A DNA stretch of 64,000 bases from a bacterium (lineage in GTDB: Bacteria; Patescibacteriota; Dojkabacteria; JAKAPS01; JAJZLI01): positions 6,087 to 70,086 of the forward strand of contig JAKAWT010000001.1 in the NCBI GenBank assembly GCA_021816845.1. The letters run 5' to 3'. The notes beneath the pieces are model-generated. The model was not told the origin of the DNA, did not search any database, and was given only the letters and a program-made list of their open reading frames with translations. Each line of letters opens with the position of its first letter. The first letter of the stretch is position 1. Made by a program: the position numbers and the translations under genes. Positions 58,520 to 64,000 of this stretch are shown piece after piece.

Positions 58520-59179
58520 CTAATCCTTGAATAAAATAACTTTAGTTTCAAAATCTTCATCTTGGAATTCAGTTCTATTTACCTCTAATGTCTCTACCTC
58601 TAATGACATAGCAGGGAAGATATTCAGGAAATCATCAATTAAAGCTAGAGGACTCTGAGTATCTCCTTTCTCTTTATAATGCATTGGTATAATCATATGA
58701 GGGTTCAATTGTTCAATAACTTTAATGGCGTCTTTAGAGTCGATAGTATAATGACCTCCAACAGGAATAAATAATATATCAACAACTCCTAAATCTTCAA
58801 TCTGAGAATTATCAAGTATCGTTCCTAAATCCCCAAGATGGACAAAATTAACTCCATCAAAATTTACAGAATACATAGTATTCATACCTCTCTCACTACC
58901 TTTAACTTTATCATGAAAGGAATTAACTCCAATAATAGAAACCTCTGATATATCATATTCTCCAGGATTAGATACTATATAAGTTTTATCAGTAGCATAA
59001 TCTCTATTATTATGATCAGGGTGTTCATGTGTGATTAATATAATATCAGGTTTATCAGAAAGCTTTGGAGGATTAAGATTCCCTACTTTAGAATATGGAT
59101 CTATAAATACAGTAGTTTTCTTATCTGATAATTTAAAAAAAGCGTGTTTTAGATATGATACTGTGATTGAATTATACAT
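58520..59179 (-). CDS. MBL-fold metallo-hydrolase
   Basis: H-x-H-x-D-H motif (THEHPDHNN) and downstream His/Asp ligands; 219 aa. Confidence 0.6.
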   Translation of the reverse strand: MYNSITVSYLKHAFFKLSDKKTTVFIDPYSKVGNLNPPKLSDKPDIILITHEHPDHNNRDYATDKTYIVSNPGEYDISEVSIIGVNSFHDKVKGSERGMNTMYSVNFDGVNFVHLGDLGTILDNSQIEDLGVVDILFIPVGGHYTIDSKDAIKVIEQLNPHMIIPMHYKEKGDTQSPLALIDDFLNIFPAMSLEVETLEVNRTEFQDEDFETKVILFKD

Positions 59180-59240
59180 GCCCTGAGTATATCAAAATGA
59201 AAATGCAACTTCAATCTCGTGTATTAGATATTTTTACTAA

Positions 59241-59269
59241 TTGCTCAAAGTAGATTCTTTTGATATAAT
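59241..59269 (+). promoter_or_regulatory. sigma70-like promoter of rpmE (-35 TTGCTC, 17-nt spacer, -10 TATAAT), implying a leaderless transcript
   Basis: The -10 hexamer ends 7 nt before the rpmE ATG at 59277. Confidence 0.4.
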
Positions 59270-59276
59270 TGTAGTT

Positions 59277-59603
59277 ATGAAAAATATACACCCTAATTAT
59301 GTGCAATCAAAAGTAACATGTTCATGTGGAAATGTTATGACTTTCGGTTCTACAGTCCCTTCTATGACTGTAGAGCTTTGTTCTTCATGCCATCCTTTTT
59401 ACACAGGAGAACAGAAGATTGTTGATACAGCAAATAGAGTTAAGAAGTTTACAGCTAGATCAGAAACTGCACAAAAAATAAAAGCTGTTAAGAAAACACA
59501 AGAAAAAATTGTGGAAAAGGTACAAAAAAGGTCGACACCAATGACTTTAAGAGAAATGATGCAATCCTTGAATCAAGAAAATTCAAATTCTTCAAATAAA
59601 TAA
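59277..59603 (+). CDS. rpmE: 50S ribosomal protein L31 (zinc-binding type) with C-terminal Lys-rich extension
   Basis: [26 protein letters not shown]…[10 protein letters not shown]; start moved to the internal ATG at 59277. Confidence 0.85.
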   Translation: MKNIHPNYVQSKVTCSCGNVMTFGSTVPSMTVELCSSCHPFYTGEQKIVDTANRVKKFTARSETAQKIKAVKKTQEKIVEKVQKRSTPMTLREMMQSLNQENSNSSNK

Positions 59604-59621
59604 GATTACAGGCCCAGCATC

Positions 59622-60644
59622 ATGGATCTTCAAAAATATATAAATTTTAAGGATAAACTCCCTTCTATTGAAGACAAAATACAAAATAATCCAAAAGAAA
59701 TAAACTCCGTGATAGATGAATATAATAAAGTCAAATCTTTCATAAAAGATTTTGAAGAGGTTGAATCATTAAAAAATGAGATACTAAAAAATAATAATAT
59801 TAAAGATTTAGCACTTAAAGATATTATTGAGGAAGAAAACGAAACCCTTAAAGTGAAGATACAGAATATAGAAAATAAATATAAAGGTCAAGGACAATAT
59901 GATGATAAGGATGTAATACTTGAAATAAGGCCTGGTACAGGAGGTGATGAGGCATCATTATTTGCCAGAGAAATGTATGAAATGTACAAAAAATATGTAA
60001 AAGATAAAGGTTGGAGAGAAGAGATAGTGGATATGGTATATGATGATAAAGGTGGGATAAAACAATTAGTAACTGAAATAAAAGGTAATTCTGTATACAG
60101 AGAATTTAAATATGAAAGTGGAGTACATAGAGTGCAACGTGTACCTAAAACTGAAAGTAGTGGCAGAATACATACATCCACAATATCAGTAGTGGTACTA
60201 CCAATAATTAAAACATCAGATTTTGAGATCAATGATAAGGACCTAAAAATTGATTATTATAGAGCATCAGGTGCTGGAGGGCAACATGTAAATAAGACCT
60301 CATCAGCTGTAAGAATAGTCCATATTCCCACAGGAATAATGGCAACTTCACAAAAAACTAGCTCTCAATTGCAGAATAAGGAAAATGCTATAGAAGTTTT
60401 AAGATCAAGATTATATTTAAAAAATCAAGAAGATGAAACAAAAAGGAATTCTAAACAAAGACAAGAGCAAATGGGAGGGGGTGAACGATCAGAGAAGATT
60501 AGAACATATAACTTCCTTCAAGACCGCATTACTGACCATAGATTAGGAAAACAAATGAATTTCCATATCCAAGATATATTTGAGAGAGGCAAATTACAAG
60601 AACTCATAGACCTTGTAAGAGAAAATCATGCTCAAAGTAATTGA
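59622..60644 (+). CDS. prfA: peptide chain release factor 1
   Basis: P-x-T-type tripeptide region (RVQRVPKTESSGRIHTS); GGQ (SGAGGQHVNKT). Confidence 0.85.
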   Translation: MDLQKYINFKDKLPSIEDKIQNNPKEINSVIDEYNKVKSFIKDFEEVESLKNEILKNNNIKDLALKDIIEEENETLKVKIQNIENKYKGQGQYDDKDVILEIRPGTGGDEASLFAREMYEMYKKYVKDKGWREEIVDMVYDDKGGIKQLVTEIKGNSVYREFKYESGVHRVQRVPKTESSGRIHTSTISVVVLPIIKTSDFEINDKDLKIDYYRASGAGGQHVNKTSSAVRIVHIPTGIMATSQKTSSQLQNKENAIEVLRSRLYLKNQEDETKRNSKQRQEQMGGGERSEKIRTYNFLQDRITDHRLGKQMNFHIQDIFERGKLQELIDLVRENHAQSN

Positions 60645-61389
60645 TGTATTAAAATACAATGGTATAAATACTAATAATGCTCGGGACTACAGATTAATAC
60701 TACAATCTATAATCAAGAATAAAAAAATACAGGACTTAGAATATACTCTTTCACAAAATGAAGAGAGAGAGTTTATAAACCTAAAGAGTAGAATTGACAA
60801 TGATGAGCCAATAGAATACATATTAAACACTGCATATTTTAGGAATTATACTTTTTATGTTGATAATAATGTATTGATTCCACGTAAAGAAACCGAAACT
60901 ATAGTTCCTTATTTATCTTCATATAAATCTGTCCTTGATCTTGGGTGTGGGTCAGGTGCTGTTGGTATAACACTAAAAAAAGAATATAACAATATAAATG
61001 TAACAATGTCAGATATTTCACCTGAAGCAATAAAAATTGCCCGTAGGAATTCAAAAAATATAGATATTCAAATAATAAAGTCAGATCTTGTATCTAATAT
61101 TAATATATCAGAATTCGACTGTATATTTGCTAATCTACCTTATATAGACATTGATAAAAAAGATGAAGTAGTAAAATCTGTATATTCCTATGAACCTCAT
61201 ATTGCCCTTTTTGCAAAATCAAAGGGTCTCTTTTTAATTAATAAATTAATTCAAGAATTAAATAGAAAGAGATTTAAAGGATGTCTTTTTCTAGAACTAG
61301 ATCCATGGCAAATAAGATATATATCAAAAAATAAAGAAATTATAAAAGATCAATTTGGACAAAATAGATTTATCAAGATAGAATATTAA
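60628..61389 (+). CDS. prmC: release factor glutamine N5-methyltransferase PrmC (HemK)
   Basis: Follows prfA with overlap; SAM motif LDLGCGSGAVG; NPPY-like NLPY. Confidence 0.75.
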   Translation: MLKVIDVLKYNGINTNNARDYRLILQSIIKNKKIQDLEYTLSQNEEREFINLKSRIDNDEPIEYILNTAYFRNYTFYVDNNVLIPRKETETIVPYLSSYKSVLDLGCGSGAVGITLKKEYNNINVTMSDISPEAIKIARRNSKNIDIQIIKSDLVSNINISEFDCIFANLPYIDIDKKDEVVKSVYSYEPHIALFAKSKGLFLINKLIQELNRKRFKGCLFLELDPWQIRYISKNKEIIKDQFGQNRFIKIEY

Positions 61390-61401
61390 TAATACTTAAA
61401 A

Positions 61402-62523
61402 ATGAAAACTTTCATTATTAAACAAAAATATAAGAATCTAAACAAAGTAGAAATTAGTAAGAATAGTTTGATATCTAATTATAATTATTATCAAAATCTG
61501 TACCAAGATGTAAAGATTGCCCCAGTATTGAAAAGTAATGCTTACGGACACGGTATTTTAGAAATATCCAAAATTATAGATTCTCTAAATCCTCCTTTCA
61601 TAGTTGTTGATAGCTTGTATGAGGCATACAAATTACAGAATATAAAAATTAAAACTCCTATACTTATTACTGGATACACAATAAAAAATAATTTTAAATT
61701 TAGAAAAATTTCTAATATCAAATTATCCATTTATGATATTGACACACTAAAATATATACATAAAAACCAAAATAAAATAAATATACACATATTTATAGAT
61801 ACAGGAATGCACAGGGAAGGGATACAAATACAAGATGTCCCTAATTTTATAAATAGTATATCAGAGTATAAAAACCTTAAAATTGAGGGGATCATGAGTC
61901 ATTTAGCTGATGGGAATGATACTACTTTTTCAAAATACCAACTAGATAATTTTAAGATAGCAATAGATTTGTTTGAGAAGGCAGGATATAAGTTTAAATT
62001 TAAACATATAACTGCAACATATGGATTCATTAATAAAAATTTAGATTTTAACTTTTGTAATGTAGCAAGAATAGGTTTAGGGTTATATACACCACCAAAT
62101 TTAAAGATGAGAGAATACATAAGACCTGTATTATCATTAAAATCAACTTTGGTTCAAATTAAAAATATAAAACATAATGAATTCATTGGCTATGATAGGA
62201 CTTTTAGAGTAAGACGAAAGTATGGAATGAAAATTGGAATAGTATCAGCAGGTTATTTTGAGGGAGTTGATATAAATTTATCCAGTAAAGGATTCGTATT
62301 TTATAATGGTAAATTATGTAAAATTATAGGTAAAGTAAGTATGAATATATCAACTATAGATCTATCAAATATAAAAAATCCTAATATTGAGGATGAAATT
62401 ATAATTTACAGTAATAATTCTAAAGATAAAAATAGTATCCAAAATACATCAAAAATTACAAAACAGACTCAATATACTATTTTAACTCATATACAAGATT
62501 CTATTAAAAGAGAGATTATCTAA
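61402..62523 (+). CDS. alr: alanine racemase
   Basis: PLP-lysine motif VLKSNAYGHG; two-domain size (373 aa). Confidence 0.8.
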   Translation: MKTFIIKQKYKNLNKVEISKNSLISNYNYYQNLYQDVKIAPVLKSNAYGHGILEISKIIDSLNPPFIVVDSLYEAYKLQNIKIKTPILITGYTIKNNFKFRKISNIKLSIYDIDTLKYIHKNQNKINIHIFIDTGMHREGIQIQDVPNFINSISEYKNLKIEGIMSHLADGNDTTFSKYQLDNFKIAIDLFEKAGYKFKFKHITATYGFINKNLDFNFCNVARIGLGLYTPPNLKMREYIRPVLSLKSTLVQIKNIKHNEFIGYDRTFRVRRKYGMKIGIVSAGYFEGVDINLSSKGFVFYNGKLCKIIGKVSMNISTIDLSNIKNPNIEDEIIIYSNNSKDKNSIQNTSKITKQTQYTILTHIQDSIKREII

Positions 62524-62526
62524 ATT

Positions 62527-63738
62527 CTAAAGTAGGCTTATAGCTTTATTAAGTTGAGTATCTATGCCCTTGGAAAACTCTTTTGAGGAAAGGCTAACTT
62601 TTATATTTGGTATTATAGGATGCTGAGGTGTAATCCATCTGCCTGAAGGGAGTAACCAATGTTCTGTCGTCATTATAAGTAGAGATCCATTGGAAAATGT
62701 AAATACATTCTGAGCAGTACCCTTACCATAAGTATTCTCGCCAACTACAGTAGCTCTGTGATAGTATTGCATGGCACCTGTAAGAATTTCAGCTGCTGAG
62801 GCGGTTCCCCCATTTACAAGAATAACCATTGGAGTTGATTGTAGGGGACCTTGATAACTTGTATAAAATTCATTATATGTACCATTCCTATTTTGTTGTT
62901 TTGCTACAAGGGTGTTTGCAGGTAAAAACTCTCCTGCTGCATAAATTGCAGCTTCAAAAAAACCTCCTGGATTACCCCTTAGATCTAGTACTATCCCTTT
63001 AGGATGCATTGCTATAACTTGTCCCATCTTTTGCTTAAAATCATTCTCCCATTGAGTGAGAGAATTATCAGAAAATCTTAAAATCTCTATATCCACAATC
63101 CCATTTTGCAATTGTTTTATATAAATACTTGAGACATGCACAGACTCTCTATCTAATTTATATGTCACAACACTACCTGTATCTGTTTTTAATGTGAGCG
63201 TTATAGGAGTCCCCTGTTTACCACGAACAACAGTAACTACATTATTTATGTTAGAAACTCCACTAGTTTTACCATTTATACTAACTATGGTATCACCTAC
63301 CGCTATTCCAGCCTTCTTGGCTGGAGTATTTGGTAGTACCTGTTCTATTGTTACTTGGCCATTTTTGTTATATCCAAGAGATACCCCAATACCGGCAAAA
63401 GAATTCCCAGAAACTGCTTTATAATAAAGTTGTGCTTGACTTGGATCATAAAAAACAGTATGTGGATCTCCTAGTGACGACACCATGCCAGATATGGCAC
63501 CATAATCTAGAGATACATTTGATACATTAGGATAAAAGTATTGTGTATGAATCAGATTCCATACATTATTGAAAAGACTAGAATTTACACCATTGGAAGA
63601 TAATCCTTGAGAAACTGCAGAAACCGGTACATATGATGTTTGAGGAAAATTTTCCCCCACCCAGTATCCTATAGCTACAGCAATTATCAAAGCTAAAATA
63701 ATATTTAAATGTTTCTGGTTGAAAAAATTACGCATCAT
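62527..63738 (-). CDS. ctpA: S41-family C-terminal processing peptidase with PDZ domain
   Basis: N-terminal TM; PDZ (GDTIVSINGKT); S41 core (LDLRGNPGGFFEAAIYAAGEFL; …GTASAAEIL…TYGKGT). Confidence 0.8.
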   Translation of the reverse strand: MMRNFFNQKHLNIILALIIAVAIGYWVGENFPQTSYVPVSAVSQGLSSNGVNSSLFNNVWNLIHTQYFYPNVSNVSLDYGAISGMVSSLGDPHTVFYDPSQAQLYYKAVSGNSFAGIGVSLGYNKNGQVTIEQVLPNTPAKKAGIAVGDTIVSINGKTSGVSNINNVVTVVRGKQGTPITLTLKTDTGSVVTYKLDRESVHVSSIYIKQLQNGIVDIEILRFSDNSLTQWENDFKQKMGQVIAMHPKGIVLDLRGNPGGFFEAAIYAAGEFLPANTLVAKQQNRNGTYNEFYTSYQGPLQSTPMVILVNGGTASAAEILTGAMQYYHRATVVGENTYGKGTAQNVFTFSNGSLLIMTTEHWLLPSGRWITPQHPIIPNIKVSLSSKEFSKGIDTQLNKAISLL

Positions 63739-64000
63739 TATATTATACCAATAACATCATCTGATTGCACACTAACCTCTACATTTGAATCTAGTAGTAC
63801 ATTTATATTAGATACATCTGGATTCACATTAACAACTTTGCCAGAGTATCCCCAATATGGTAGAGCAAAAATTTGGACGATATCATTAACATTCACTTTC
63901 CTTATATATGCAGATTTAACATCTTCTGCAGAGACTTTATCTGGTATAATAATAGAATTTGTTTCATTCTCTATTAATATTTGTTTTTTTTCAAAATTTT
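63738..64000 (-). CDS. unknown protein, C-terminal fragment; 5' end lies outside the window
   Basis: Open minus-strand frame ending at TAA 63738-63740 (1-nt overlap with the ctpA start); C-terminal …VQSDDVIGII. Not in the ORF track because the start lies beyond the window. Confidence 0.3.
   Translation of the reverse strand, partial: NFEKKQILIENETNSIIIPDKVSAEDVKSAYIRKVNVNDIVQIFALPYWGYSGKVVNVNPDVSNINVLLDSNVEVSVQSDDVIGII

Noticed and set aside
1-64000. CRISPR arrays, IS elements, integrases, rRNA genes
   Set aside because: No regularly spaced direct repeats, no transposase or recombinase-like ORFs and no rRNA-like conserved blocks were seen. The only stable-RNA gene recognised is tRNA-Glu.

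Overview
The window is AT-rich (about 27-30% GC), compact, and uses the standard genetic code; long ORFs carry no in-frame UGA. Gene content suggests a reduced monoderm bacterium, possibly a CPR/Patescibacteria-like lineage: alpha2-type GlyRS, TsaD/TsaB/TsaE, an LCP protein, an FtsEX plus PcsB-like hydrolase, a long-form HPF and a DUF4012-like protein.

Most of the window is housekeeping. Recognised genes are rsmI, glyQS, recO, serS, hpf, secA, greA, tsaDBE, prfB, prfA-prmC, miaA, hup, def, rel/spoT, recJ, recA, dnaB, rpmE, alr and ctpA, plus one tRNA-Glu(CUC). It also holds a surface-polysaccharide cluster (PglC-like phosphoglycosyl transferase, three GT4 genes, galE, a DUF4012-like protein) and a two-component module (two tandem polytopic histidine kinases plus an orphan REC).

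The observations most worth a second look are:
1. A complete type III hammerhead ribozyme motif on the minus strand (28235-28287) with a 17-bp hairpin immediately 5' of it. It lies between a lipoprotein glycoside-hydrolase gene and a small membrane-protein gene, inside a GC-elevated three-gene island that also encodes a processive GT2 (QxxRW) synthase.
2. A split cytochrome b6-like pair (38018-38611 and 37042-38028). The subunit IV-like part is fused to a large Cys-free ectodomain, and no Rieske or cytochrome c gene is nearby.
3. Short GGATCYAGATCC-type palindromic units embedded in-frame in many housekeeping genes (clearest in tsaD, tsaB and recJ), encoding G/S/R/D/P-rich insertions.
4. An AbiEii-family nucleotidyltransferase pseudogene whose in-frame TGA replaces the first Gly of the GGTAL motif.
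5. A tandem 15-bp palindromic repeat array upstream of an apparently leaderless glyQS.

Smaller observations are a triplicated small acidic protein family next to an SPFH gene, and a soluble TraD/VirD4-like ATPase translationally coupled to a Kef-type antiporter.
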